From Negaprion brevirostris (taxonomy: Eukaryota): a DNA stretch of 64,000 nucleotides. The stretch spans positions 66,166,622-66,230,621 of the forward strand of contig JARDVH010000001.1 of assembly GCA_030324005.1 (NCBI GenBank), read 5' to 3'. Within the stretch, counting starts at the first letter, position 1; each line of letters begins with the position of its first letter. The notes under the pieces were generated by a model, which was not told the DNA's origin, did no database searches, and worked only from the letters and a program-made list of their open reading frames with translations. Made by a program: the position numbers and the translations under genes. Shown here in pieces: positions 23,760 through 36,590 of this stretch.

Positions 23760-25120
23760 TACTACATGAGTTTTCCTGATCTGGGAGTCAAAGGTCAGAT
23801 AGCACAGGTTAGAGTAAGTTGTAACAAGGCATATAAATGTCTTGCAGTTGTGTGTTCATGTGGTGAAAATGAATTCAAGCCACTCAGAATTAATAATGTT
23901 AGCTTACAACAATGCTGTCGGTTATCCTGCATTGTAAAAACAATTCATGGTGTAGTTAGTAAACTAAATGCAATAATCGATGTTCTAAACCATTGACAAA
24001 GCTTAGTTTGGAGGGAAATCTCGCCACAGCCTGGAGGAGATTCTGGCAGTCCTTCGGCTTGTACCTCATAGTGATGGGCAGTGCCAGGAAAGACACGCAA
24101 ATACGATCTTCCATTTTTCTCCACACACCAAGGGAAGAAGTCCCAGAAGTTTATAATATATTCACATTAGAAAGTGATCAGACACAAAATGTTTGAAAGA
24201 AATAATGGGAAAACTCAAAGCTTACTGCAGCCCTAAAAAAAAGTTACAAATTAAAGATACAAATTTTTTATGTGCATGCTTGGCAGTGACATCAGTTAAT
24301 ATCTAACTAAGCTGAGAAAACAAGCTGAATCAAGTGAATTTGGAGAGCTTGAAGAATTATTCATCTGAGATAGAATAATTTGCAGAATCAGTGATGAATC
24401 TCTGAGAGAACGGTTTTTGAGAGAAGTAGACCTCACACAGGAGAAAGCAATAGATATCTGCAGGCAGGGACAACAAAATGTCTGATTGAATAGATGATAG
24501 AAGTCGGTAAGTCACACATGGTCAAGCAGTTAGGTGTAGTCAAACAGAATCAGCTCTAGGGAAAAAAACAAATAGACAGCCTGAAGGTAAAAAGAACAAA
24601 AGTGCTCTTAAAACATTTAAATGCAGTGAATATGGAACAGAGAATTTACCATGTAGTTGTGCAATCTACAGGAAACAATATAAGAGCCATTATCAACAAA
24701 TCACTTTGTTAATATGTGTACATTGAAGAAAGTGCACATGATTGCAGATGACAACACTGCCACTGAATCTGGATTTTTCATTGGTGCATTAACAGAAAAT
24801 TCTAAAGAAGATGAATGGAAGGTCTGTTTAAAAATTGCCAGTGGAAATGGTGAATTTCAAGTTTGACACAGGTACACAAGCAAATATCCTTCCCATAAGT
24901 CTGTGTCATAAGGTAAGTAAAGGAAAATGACTAACTAAAACAATAGTGAAGTTGTCTGCTTACACAGGTGAAGAAATTGCTGTAAAAGGGCAATGCACAC
25001 TTGAAGTGAACTACAAAAAGCAGTCTCAGGCATTCCCGTTTATGATGAAAATGATGCAACACTTATTCTTGGAATCAAAACTTTGGGAAATCTAAAAATA
25101 ATCAAGGGAATAATGATTGT
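23760..25120 (+). mobile_element. Decayed Ty3/Gypsy 5' half: putative LTR end and PBS, gag, aspartic protease
   Basis: ...AATTCA|TGGTG junction at ~23947. Gag motifs LSLEGNLATAWRRFWQSFGLYL and DRIICRISDESLRERFLREVDLTQEKAIDIC; degenerate Zn knuckle at ~24620-24720; protease KFDTGTQANILP at ~24860. Many stops and frameshifts. Confidence 0.85.
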
Positions 25121-25139
25121 CACCCCTGGTGGAGATATG

Positions 25140-25346
25140 TGGCCATTCTTTCGCTGTCACTGGGTGAAAATCCTGGAACACCCTCCCTAACAGCACTGCG
25201 AATGTTCCTACACAACATGGATGACAGTAGTTGTATAATACTAATTTGATAATTCTATATACAGCAGCTCATCACCACCTTCTCAAGGGAAATTAGGGAT
25301 AGGCAATAATTGCTAGCTTCGTTATCCCTTGAATGAGTAAAAAAAT
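25140..25346 (+). mobile_element. 3' end of an old LINE sharing its tail with the SacSINE1-like SINEs
   Basis: AAATCCTGGAACACCCTCCCTAACAGCAC...CACCACCTTCTCAAGGGAAATTAGGGATAGGCAATAA. Confidence 0.65.
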
Positions 25347-25639
25347 AGGCAGAGTAAAGTCTGTAATCAATCCATCTGCACTTGCAAAATCCAGAACAAA
25401 TGGCAGCTATGATTCTGTGATTGGGCAGCAGTCATTGAACTACACTGAAGATGCTCCACACTAACAACCAATTTAAGATAATCAGTCAATCTCGTAATGT
25501 GTTTTATTTATTCTTGTTAGAAGCAATATACTTTCATAAATAAGGGACTGTGCTCTGCAAACAAAAGAATACACTCAAGCTTGCACTTTTTTGAATTGCC
25601 AGGAGCTTGTTGCTTTCTTCACGGTAATTTCTCAGTCAA

Positions 25640-25778
25640 TAAGAGTTGACATAGTAACCAATTAGAATTTCTGCAGCATAATGCTTTGTGATCGTCTGAA
25701 ATTTGGCATCCCTGCTAAATTTGTCCTGATGAGTACAAGACAAAAAGCTTCAGCAACGTGCCTCCCTTTTCAGCAATA
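25640..25778 (+). mobile_element. Penelope-like terminal fragment with a degenerate hammerhead motif
   Basis: TTGTC-CTGATGA-GT-ACAAG-AC-AAAA-AGCTTC. Confidence 0.5.
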
Positions 25779-26269
25779 TTTGTATATTACAATGTGAGTC
25801 AATGGTGATGCAACCCATATTTCTGTATTTATAGACTCAGTGAATTGGGGATGAGATAGAATCAGAAACATTAGAAGGATGATATTATTGTCTGTACATT
25901 CTCAGACTGGTTGAAAATAACTTTGAGACAGAAGATCATTGTTAGTTTGAGTAGTGATCCTCGCCGATGAGAAAAACCTCTGGAACAATCTTTTTGGCAT
26001 TTAGCCTAGCTAAACTTAAATGTGTTTCCGATGCCTGTGGGAATGTGAGAACGCTGTGAGATTTTGACCTACCACCAACAAAGAATGACATGTGGTATGA
26101 GCAATCACTGCATGAAATTATCATGGAAACAAAAAGGAATAAGACAGGGTGAGAGGGAATGGAGAAAGGAGGAGCAAAGCAGCATTTAATGGGATGTGAT
26201 CTAGTAGGTATTAAACCCCTAAAATCTATACAGGTAATGGGATCTATTGAGGAGATGCAGTACTTTTTT

Positions 26270-26470
26270 AATGCAGACAACTACAATCAGAGCGGCCAGT
26301 ACATCTTTGAAGGTGTTGATTGCACTCAACTTTTATGGACCGGACTCATTTCAGGCAGGCAAAGATAGTCAGTATGATATTGGCCAGAATGCAGAACAGG
26401 GATACATTTGCCAATTGACTGACATCTTTTGCAGGAGAGCTGAGAATTCATCAACTTTGACATTACAGTG
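26270..26470 (+). pseudogene. PIF/Harbinger (HARBI1-like) transposase N-terminal remnant
   Basis: KVLIALNFYGPDSFQ...IGQ...ICQLTDIFCRRA resembles the family motif ALNFYA.GSFQ...ISQ...I..VTDAL. Confidence 0.65.
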
Positions 26471-27499
26471 ATATGGTCATCTGAGTTTCTGGCATTGCTT
26501 AAGATCCCAATTTAAATGATTGTTGTTTCTTAACAACACATATCCTTTAAACTATTGTTAAGCTTTGCACCAAAAAGGCTCTTGAACAAAAGTCTATTTC
26601 TGAAGCAAAATAATCAAACATTTTTCATTTGCACCTTCATTATCATTGGCACTGATGATCTACAACTAAATTATCTCAGAGCCAACGGTTGGTGTGTTGG
26701 CTAATAAAAGAACAAAAAATTTTGCAGACTACAGTTCTCTCAGTTAAACAATGTGTTACCACAATGTAGATAATTCTCTGTGGGAAAATAATTTTTGCAG
26801 ATTGTAAACCTGATAGAAAATCACATGAAGAATTTTGTAACAGTGGAGTTAGACTACAGTGGGAATGGTCAGGCTGAAGACTTGCGCAAAGGCAAATTAT
26901 AAAAGGAGAATTCGCATCTTGCATTATTAATTAAAAAGTTCATCTCTTACCAAATAATTTAGTTGGAGCTTTATTTTGGGGACCCTAATATATCACATCT
27001 CATGTTAATCATTATCTCAGCCAATTTAGCAACATTGCTCAATAGCCCTGACTTGCAATAGTCATCTTATGCCATAGACATTAACTGTTATTGATTCTTT
27101 TCAATGCTTCAGATTGAAGAATCTCCAAAAATAACTGAAGGAAAATCTTCCTCATTATCTTACAGAATAGACTGCCACCCACTGTCTTGGAGAATGGTTA
27201 TTTTTCACTCGTGCCACTGGCACCACACGCATGACAGCAGCAGCTACATATCTGCAAAGACTTCAATTGTGCAGGTGCTAACATCATTTTTCAATATTCC
27301 CACTTCTGATAAGATTTTGGTATTCAGGCTCTAAAGAGCTGACATCAGCTCTCTTGGAGATCTTAGGCAAATGGGTGGGTCTCATGAGAAGTGATCCTCC
27401 ACCAATGTGAAACAGCATTAATAATTATTATCGTGACAGTTTGATGTCATCATGTAGTCCACCACAACTGACAGTGAACATATCTATGAAATCAATAAC

Positions 27500-28910
27500 T
27501 CCAACAAAGGAGTTTCAGTTGCACTGGGTACAATTCTAAAGAGGGTGCAGGATCAGAGGGACCTGGGTGTATATCATTGAAGGAGGCAGGATAGGTTAAG
27601 AGAGAAATTAATAAAGTATATAGCACCACAGAATTTATTAATAGGGGCACAGAATACAAGGGCAATGAAATTATGTTAAACATATCAAACATTACTGATT
27701 CAGTCTCAACTAGAGTATTGAATCTGGTTCTGGGCACCACACTTTTGGAAAGATGTGAAGGCCTTAGACAGGGTGCATAAAACGTTCATGAGAATAGCTC
27801 CAGGGATGAAAAACTTACATAGATAGATTGGAGAATAGCAAGGGGGAAGGGGGCATGTTAGGTGAGGGAATAAGTTGTAATGTTGATAAACTAGTACTCT
27901 GGCAGACAAGGCTAATGTTCTGGGACATGGGTTCAAATGCCACCACAGCAGCTGGTGAAATCTGATTTCAATTAATAAAATCTGGAATTCAAAACAAGTC
28001 TCAGAAAATGTGACGGTAAAACTATCATCGATTGCTATTAAAAGCCATCTGGCTCACTAATGCCCTTTAGTTTGCTGTTATTATTATTTATTTATTAGTG
28101 TCACAACTAGGCTTACATTAACATTACAATGAAGTTACTACAAAAATCCCCTAGTCGCCAGTCTGGCCCCTGTTTGGCTACACTAAGAGAGAATTTATCA
28201 TGGCCAATGCACATAGCCAGCACGTCTTTCAGACTGTGGGAGGAAACCAGTGCACCCAGAGGAAACACACACAGACACGGGGAGAATGTGTAAACTTCAG
28301 ACAGACAGTGAGTGGACCAAGCCAGGAATCGAACCTGGGTCCCTAGTGCTGTGAGGCAGCAATGCCAACCACTGCGCCACCGTGCTGCCACAGAAGGAAT
28401 CTGTCATTCTAACCCAGTCATGTGACTTAAAATCCACAGTAATGTGGTTGACTTTTAACTGCCCTCTGAAATGGCCTAGCAAGCCACTGAGCTCAAGGGC
28501 AATTACGGATGTGCAATAAATGGTGGCCTTGCCAGCGTATGGTGCCCACATCCTATGAAAGAATAATCGAAAGGTTATGAGGAGATTTGATAGAGATATT
28601 CAAGTTAATGAGGGGTCTGGAGAGAGTAGATTGAGAAAAACTATTCCACTGATGGAAGGATCAAGAGCCAGAGGGCTCTTGATTTAAGGTCAGTGGCAAA
28701 AGAAGCAATGTAGATGTGATTTTTCACACAGTGAGTGATTGGGTTCTGCCTGACATGTGGTGGGAGTAGATTCAACCAAGGATTTCAAGAGATAATCGGA
28801 CTATTATCTGAAAAGGATGAAGATGTAGGTATGTGGAGAAGGCAGTGAAGTATCACAGGGTGAGTTGCTCCTTCAGTGAGTTGCTGTTGACATGATGGGC
28901 TCCTTCTGCA
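27500..28910 (+). mobile_element. Old CR1 3' region with a nested SacSINE1-like SINE (~27870-28565)
   Basis: CR1-like GAGGGACCTGGGTGT...TTCTGGGCACCACACTT, resuming after ~28570; SINE tail AAGGGCAATTACGGATGTGCAATAAATG. Confidence 0.65.
28080..28388 (-). mobile_element. HE1-like SINE, alternative-tail subfamily, nested in the SacSINE1-like element
   Basis: Head GGCAGCACGGTGGCGCAGTGGTTGGCA with CpGs retained; tail ...TGTGACACTAATAAATAAAAT. Confidence 0.9.
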
Positions 28911-29435
28911 ATCTCAGATACAGGTAGAGACCTTTCTATATCCTTGCAATTCTCCACTTATCAATGCAATTATTTACTCAGTGTGCCCCAACTCAGGAAA
29001 TACTATTATTATTTCCAGTCAATTTCTATGCTGCAAAATTGTCTTCTGCAAGAGAACATCAGGAATGAATACACAAGAATTTATAGTACATAAGAGCAAG
29101 TTCCTTAAATACATACACCATGTCCAATGAAACAGTAAATATAATAAATTCATTCTCTGTATATCTTGCTTTTAGACATACAGAAAATAATGTGCCAGCT
29201 GTCCAAAGGCCAAGCAAAGCATTGATTCATATGGATGGCTGGGAGGGTCCTGTTTCATTAATGGTGAGGGCAGTAGCAACATTTAATATTACTGAGTGTG
29301 TTAGCAAAATGGTTGGTGTCTCCACTCCACTTTTATCCTCCATAGATTTGCCATCCACAATAAATGAATAAGTAACTGTTATGGAACAACTACTGTTTGA
29401 GGCACCTTCTCACATTCAGATGCATGTAATACACA

Positions 29436-29720
29436 AGGGCAGCACAATGACATAGCGGTTAGCACTGCAGCCTCACAGTGCCAGTAACCCAGGTTTGATC
29501 CTCAGCTTGGGTTACTATCTATGTGGAGTCTGCACATTCTCCTCATATCTGCGTGACTTCCTCTGGGTTCTCCAGTTTCCTCCTACAGTCTGAAAGACGT
29601 GCTGGTTAGATGCATTGACCCAAACAGGCACTGGACTGTGGCAACTAGGGGAACTTCACAGTAACTTCATTGCAGTGTTAATGCAAGCTTACTTGTGACC
29701 CATAAGTAAACTTTTTTTTA
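29436..29720 (+). mobile_element. HE1-like SINE, alternative-tail subfamily
   Basis: GGGCAGCACAATGACATAGCGGTTAGCACTG...CACAGTAACTTCATTGCAGTGTTAATG. Confidence 0.85.
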
Positions 29721-30334
29721 AAATTACTATTTTTTACACTCCTTTGTCATTCTACTTCTTTTTTCTTCCTGCTACATTTCAGTGTAGGCACCAGAATCTG
29801 CTCCATCATCTAAGTATGTTGTACATTATTACTTTTCCAGTCAGTTCTCTGCTAAGACTTCAAATTGTCCCTTCATTAAACTCACTGGGCTGCTTCCAAT
29901 CTTAGTTGTGTGAGTTTCAACTCATGATTCCTCAGCATCCCGGTCCCATTGATGTAGGCAGTATGCAGAGTTGGTGCTGTCTTTATATGAGGATTACTTA
30001 AGGTATACAGCAGAGAAACAGGCAATTCAGCCCAAATACTCCTTGCCACTCAAGCATTCTGCCATTTTTTTCCTTATCTAAATCTAGCATCCTAACCATC
30101 CATTGCCTCCTCCCTGGTAAGTTTGTCCAGATTCCCCATCAAAACTTTAGCTTGAACAACTGCAGAATTCAGTCAGTGTAACTGGCTGGCTAAATGCTCA
30201 GCAGGAAACTTAGCAGATTAAGTGGCTAGTTTGTGTTTCTACTGGCCTGCACCTTTTCAAGGCACTCTGGGGAGCTGCATTCCAATACCTAAGTTGTTAC
30301 CAATTGTCTGTAGTGCAAATGACCAAAGGAGAAT

Positions 30335-30570
30335 GACACAAAATGAAGTAGCCAAGTCCGCATAAATGATACTGGTGGCCTTAGTCCAGGAGGTCAACAG
30401 GAGGGAGAGAGGCCATATTTCTACGAGAGGTCAGGAAGTTATCAGGAAGTTACCCCTACCACCAACCTCTCATGCTATTCAAGGCACCATAGCCCTAATA
30501 TTCACCCATCAGCAGTGCCCAGCAGTAAGGGCTGAGGTCAAATACTCAGATACAGCATCAACATTGTGCA
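30335..30570 (+). pseudogene. Possible Harbinger Myb/SANT-like ORF remnant
   Basis: LVALVQEVNRRE resembles the N-terminus of Harbinger-associated Myb/SANT proteins; weak and degenerate. Confidence 0.35.
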
Positions 30571-30830
30571 GCTGGTGGAAATCTGAAATATAAACCGAGA
30601 TGCAGGGAATGCTCAGCGGACCTGTGGAGAGAGAAACTGAATTAATATTTCAGGTCAGCCACCTCTCATCAGAACTGGAACAGTTATAAATGTGGTATGG
30701 TTTCAGCAGGTGCAGGGAAGGGAGGGTGGGAAAAAGCACAAGAGGGAAGGTGGTGATAGCACAGAAAGCAGGAGAGATTAATTGAAAACGGAGTTGATGA
30801 TGAAAGGCCAAAAGGAGTGGTATTGAGAAT
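30570..30830 (-). mobile_element. Penelope-like terminal fragment with an intact-core hammerhead motif
   Basis: Minus strand AGTT-CTGATGA-G-AGGT-GGCTG-ACCT-GAAA-TATT-AATT at 30640-30676. Confidence 0.6.
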
Positions 30831-32088
30831 GTTACCTCCACAAAGAGCCCTCCTCCACCTTCCTTTATGTACAGCTTCCCTTCTCTGAGACCTCAGTTCC
30901 ATCTCCCTCTCTTTTTGCAGACTAAGTGGGTCTGCTACTACAACCCCCATAACTGCAGCAAACTTTCTGTAGACAAAGCTCCTTGGGGCAGCAGATCATC
31001 GAAACTCCCCCAAGCGCACATCATAGTACTTTCACAAAATGGAAGAACTAAAAAAAAGTTAAAATCATCCTGTCTGCAAATTGGATTGTTGATCCTTTCA
31101 ATGATGCTGTTGACAGCAAGGGAGGATTGGGAGGGCGGGGGAGCACAGGGGCAGGGGGTGGCGATTGTGGGAGTGCCCTCATGCACACTGGACCTGCGCA
31201 GTCCAACTTTACAGAACATGTTACATCAGGCTGAGATAATGTCACAATCTCAAGTGTCAAAGCCACTGGTGTAATCATGGCACGCCATGCCAGTGACCTT
31301 CCAACCTTGGGGTGCTGCGCTGGAAGATTGCCAGCACTGCACCTGCCATTGTGAGGCCCTCCAGCTTCCATTGCACGGGCTTCCAGTAACACCGCAAAGA
31401 CAAATCTTGCAAAGACTGATTCCAACTTTGGGAATACATTTTGATTTGATGGTGCATTGTAGTAAAATACTGCACAAATTCCTCATTAATGACAGCAAAA
31501 ATGCCAAAGAAGCAAAAATTGTTATTTTTCTAATATTCAGTAATATTGACTGAACTCTTTTTAGAGGTGTACAAAGCCATTACCACTAACCAGTCTTTCA
31601 ATGTACTGACTGTTACTCTATCCAGAATGCATTTTGCTAAATTTAGTGAACAGATTAAAATATAGTCCTTTGTGTTTGACCTACTAATGTGATCTGCAAG
31701 GGCCATATTGCTTCTTTCATTTCTTAAGCCTAATTAGCAGTTGACTAACATAATTTATGGTTTAGGGTACAACTCAATTAGATTGGGCTTTCTTATACAA
31801 AATGTTGTTCTGAATGCTTTGCACTCTAACAAGAACTGTTCCAAAAGAGGATCAACCTTGCCCTCTACTGTTGCATAACTGCTAAAACTCAGCACATCAG
31901 GAAAGGCACACTTGATGTTAAAGGATTGATTTTCATGAACAGGTACCAGTAAGTTCAGAATGATTAAAATCTGGTGCATATCTTGGAAGAACAACGGCGG
32001 GTTAAACTAGCTGAACCTCCAAAACAATTGGGAGAATCATTATTACCCAAATATTCATTAATGCTATTAATTTGTATCTGTTCATTGC

Positions 32089-32646
32089 ATGGCAGATGGA
32101 ATACAATGTGGAAAAGTATGAGGCTATGTCCTTTGATAGGAAGAATAGAGGCGTAGACTATTTTCTAAATGGGAAAAGGCTTTGGAAATCTGAAGCACAA
32201 AGGGACTTGGGAGGCCTGTTCAGGGCTCTCTTAAGGTTAATATGCAGATTCAGTTGGCAGTTGGGAAAGCAAATGCAATGTTAGCATTTATTTCTAGAGG
32301 GCAAGAATATAAAAGCAGGGATGTACCGCTGAGGCTGTATAAGGCCCTGGTCAGACCCCATTTGGAATATTGTGAGCAGTTTTGGACCCCATACCTAAAG
32401 AAGGATGTAGTGGCCTTGGTGGGGGTCCAGAGGAAATTCACAAGAATGATCCCAGGAATGGTGAAGGGATGCTTCTTTAAAATTGAGACAAAGAGGAATT
32501 TCTTCAGCCAGAGGGTGGTGAATCAGTGGGACTTATTGCCACAGAGGGCTGTGAAGACCAGGTCATTGAGTGTCTTTAAGACAGAGATAGATAGGTTCTT
32601 GATCAATAAGGGGATCAAGGGTTACAGGGAGAAGGCAGGAGAATGG
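32089..32646 (+). mobile_element. CR1 LINE ORF2 C-terminus with an internal deletion
   Basis: LYKALVRPHLEYCEQFWTPY...RNFFSQRVVNQW. The usual LSYEERL..LG segment is missing. Confidence 0.9.
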
Positions 32647-34091
32647 NNNNNNNNNNNNNNNNNNNNNNNNNNNNNNNNNNNNNNNNNNNNNNNNNNNNNN
32701 NNNNNNNNNNNNNNNNNNNNNNNNNNNNNNNNNNNNNNNNNNNNNNNNNNNNNNNNNNNNNNNNNNNNNNNNNNNNNNNNNNNNNNNNNNNNNNNNNNNN
32801 NNNNNNNNNNNNNNNNNNNNNNNNNNNNNNNNNNNNNNNNNNNNNNNNNNNNNNNNNNNNNNNNNNNNNAATTTGGGCTATGTTACATTAGCAAATGGCT
32901 GAACATATGAAAGTGTGAGCATTAATGTTTCCTGACAACAAAATGGAAGCCTTAGTGAAAATATGGAGAGATGGGGGAATATCCTGTGTCCCCAGGCATG
33001 CAGGCAGCCCTCAAGACTCATGCACAAGGATAAGTAGCAGTGGAAGTCAGGGGCAGCTGTGGAATCTCCGGCTGCTGCTTTGCAGCAGTGGCTTTGGATA
33101 CAGCTATTCAAAGGGGCTGGTAGGGTGTCACAAATGTCCATTAGCCTTCTCTCCAACAAATCTTTGAAATTCTCCACCTCAGAGCATCAGTCATTCAGTA
33201 TTTTTAGATTACTGAGGTGCCATTTCACGAGAATGGCAGTGGTTCCATAAAACAGAGATGGCAACACTTGTGCTCCCATCACTACCACTCTACCAGTCCC
33301 CGTCAATCAGCCAGTGAAGGCCATTGCCACTCATGCTACAACGATTGAATCCAAAGCCAAGCCTTCCAGGTCCAGCACTGCACAAGGGTCACCAAGGCCT
33401 CCCCAAGCCTGCTTCACCATTTAACTGGATCATGGCTGACCTTCTACCTCAACGCCATCTTCCTGCATTATCTCCATAGGGCTTATTGACATTGGGATCT
33501 AGAACCCACCAACCTCTGCTTTAAAAATACTCAGTGACTGATGCTCTGAAGTGNNNNNNNNNNNNNNNNNNNNNNNNNNNNNNNNNNNNNNNNNNNNNNN
33601 NNNNNNNNNNNNNNNNNNNNNNNNNNNNNNNNNNNNNNNNNNNNNNNNNNNNNNNNNNNNNNNNNNNNNNNNNNNNNNNNNNNNNNNNNNNNNNNNNNNN
33701 NNNNNNNNNNNNNNNNNNNNNNNNNNNNNNNNNNNNNNNNNNNNNNNNNNNNNNNNNNNNNNNNNNNNNNNNNNNNNNNNNNNNNNNNNNNNNNNNNNNN
33801 NNNNNNNNNNNNNNNNNNNNNNNNNNNNNNNNNNNNNNNNNNNNNNNNNNNNNNNNNNNNNNNNNNNNNNNNNNNNNNNNNNNNNNNNNNNNNNNNNNNN
33901 NNNNNNNNNNNNNNNNNNNNNNNNNNNNNNNNNNNNNNNNNNNNNNNNNNNNNNNNNNNNNNNNNNNNNNNNNNNNNNNNNNNNNNNNNNNNNNNNNAGT
34001 GGAGAGTTTCAAAGATTTACTACTTTCTGACTGAAGAAATTCCTGCATTCATTTCAGTGCTAAATGACCTACCCCTTATTCTGAGATTATA

Positions 34092-34830
34092 GGGGCAATT
34101 TTCCAACCTTGCCACCCCAGCACAGTTCATGCTGATCCCTGAAAATGGCATGTGGGCCTAAAAACCGGTTTCACGCTCGGCGCAAACCAGTTTGCAATCG
34201 TCCTGATCCCTTTCTAATGATGCAAAGTGGATCATGCCCAGAAAGGGTGTGAGGCTGATTAGTACATTTAAAGTAGCATATAAATATGCATAGATTGTTC
34301 AATGCCGGATTCTCCCAGCTCCCAGGATCCTCTGATCTCAGGTATGGTGCGAGCCAAGCGAGAATCACAAGTAGTCTCCATTAGCAGAAGGACTATGATG
34401 GGAGGGCAGTGAGGGAGGCGGGTAGAGTAGAGAGGGCATGTCGGGGGTCTGAAGGGAGCATTGCAGGAATCATGAAGGGGTATGTCAGGGATCATGTCAA
34501 GGTCAAGAAGGGGACATGTCAAGGCTCACGAAGGGGACATGTCAGGCTCATGAAAGGCGACCCTGATGCCGATGGTCCATGTCAGGGAAGGGACAGGGAT
34601 GGGGAAACATGACACCAATAGGGGAAGGGGCGGTCCCGATGTCCATGAGGGGAGGGCAGGAGTCTCTCATTGCACTGTGAGATCAGGATGCCCTTCTAAA
34701 CAGTGCCGATCACCTTGCAACCAGACTCACTGGTGTGTTTAAGCCCCACCCCTCCCAGAACTAGCATGCAAATCAACACTCACACAAAAAAATGACTAGA
34801 TGTGGGCAATTGCAGTCTGGACCATGTTCC
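34092..34830. repeat. Non-autonomous DNA-transposon-like repeat with internal G-rich tandem units
   Basis: Starts GGGGCAATTTTCC; repeated GGGACATGTCA(A/G)GG units at ~34470-34590. Confidence 0.45.
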
Positions 34831-34864
34831 AATTGTCTCACTGTTATAGAAAAATCACAGTCTG

Positions 34865-35352
34865 TGTCCCCATAACTAGCTGATACCACCGTCTGTATTT
34901 ACTCTGTTGAGCCCTGTAAGAATTTTGTACGCTTCAAGGTGATCATCTCTCATTATTCTAAATTCTAGGCTATACAGGCACAGTCTCCTGAATCTCTCCT
35001 CACGGGACAATCCTGGGATTAGTCTGGTGAACCTGCATTGCACTCCATCCTGTACCAGTATATCCTTTCTTAGATAAGGAGACCAAAACTGCATACAGTA
35101 CTCCAGATGTGGGTTGACCAAGGTTCAGTAGTACTGTAGTAATACTTTCTTACACCTCACTCAAATCCCATTGTAATAAAGGCTAACCTACCAGTTCCCT
35201 TCCTAATTGCTTGTTGCATCTGCAGGTTAGTTTCCAGTGACTTATGAATAAAGAGACAAGGTCTCTTTAGACATCAATATTTTCCAATCTCTCCCCGTTT
35301 AATAAATACCTTGCATGTCTGCTTTCCCTGCCAAAGTGAATAACTTCACATT
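34865..35352 (-). mobile_element. CR1 ORF2 C-terminal fragment
   Basis: VNPHLEYCMQFWSPYLRKDI...EERFRRLCLYSLEFR. Confidence 0.9.
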
Positions 35353-35771
35353 ATTCCAGTCCAGAACAAATATCCCAAGCTTTGGCGTGGGGCAGGCAAC
35401 ACAGCTTTCTGCATACTTGCTCTTAGATGCAGATAATTCTGTCTACCGCTCTCAATATTTTCACCTAATACTATTTACATTCCTGTTAGCTCCCCACACT
35501 TGAATAGCTTCCTGAACAATGCTGCCATGGTCAGTTTATACATCCACAATGCAATCAGCACTCTTGTCCATACAGGTTGCAAACACCTCAAACCTGTTGG
35601 ACAATTGCAAGGGCTGAGGCTCTTATGCCTTATCTAACCCCTTACCCACTTCCCTTGTAGTCTCACATTGGGATGAACTTTCCCCTTTCTTGCATTGACC
35701 TCGAGCAGGATTTTCTGGTCTTAGGGTGAGCACAACCGGAAAATCCCACCATGGTATCTTGTCCTTGACCA

Positions 35772-36190
35772 GTGACCCAGAATGCGATTACTGTCACTAG
35801 AGAGGTAGTGCTTGATCGACTAGCGGGACTGATGGTCGACAAGTCCCCAGGACCGGATGGAATGCATCCCAGGATTCTGAAGGAAATGGCAGAGGTGATA
35901 GTAGACACCTTAGTGATTATTTGCCAAACTTCGCTGGATTCCGGGGAAGTGCCAGAAGATTGGAAAAGAGCTAATGTTACACCACTGTTTAAAAAAGGTA
36001 GCAGGCAAAAGGCAGGGAATTATAGGCCAGTTAGTTTAACTTCTGTCATTGGAAAAATGCTGGAATCCGTCATCAAAGAAGAAATAGCAAGGCACCTAGA
36101 GAGGAATTGTTTTATAGAGCAGACGCAGCACAGATTCGTTAAGGGGAAGTCGTGTTTGACAAATTTATTGGAATTCTATGAGGATGTGAC
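35772..36190 (+). mobile_element. CR1 ORF2 RT N-terminal fragment, open until the gap
   Basis: KSPGPDGMHPRILKE...GNYRPVSLTSVIGKMLE...KSCLTNLLEFYEDV. Confidence 0.92.
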
Positions 36191-36590
36191 NNNNNNNNNN
36201 NNNNNNNNNNNNNNNNNNNNNNNNNNNNNNNNNNNNNNNNNNNNNNNNNNNNNNNNNNNNNNNNNNNNNNNNNNNNNNNNNNNNNNNNNNACTAATAAAA
36301 CTACAAGCAACGAGTAAAATGACTCCAGATCAGACTTACGGACTAACAGGGATACTGTCTAAATAAAGACTTATATAATAACAGTAAGAAATCTAAACAA
36401 GTAAGGGATTTAAACAAGTATTTCTGATTTAAACATGTATTTTAGATTTTAAAATGTATTTTTAAAGCAATCTATACACTTCAGCCAAAAGCAGGCTGCT
36501 CCAGAGATGATGGGATGAAGACTGAATGGGACGAACCACATTCCTTGGAACAATGAAACTATAGAACGTGTAAATTTTTATCAGCATATG

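Noticed and set aside
31048-31425. 125-aa minus ORF, and the 138-aa Pro-rich ORF at 12737-13153
   Set aside because: Both lie in GC-rich, repeat-like sequence with no recognisable domain or splice context.
31755-31994. 79-aa minus ORF and an exon-like plus frame ending CCA|gtaagt
   Set aside because: Conflicting strands, no homology recognised, and not needed by or clearly phase-linked to the candidate exon chain.
33521-34048. Long ORFs of 150-220 aa at ~15960, 32242, 33521 and 56170-56929
   Set aside because: Their length comes from N-runs translated as X; the real parts are LINE or SINE fragments.
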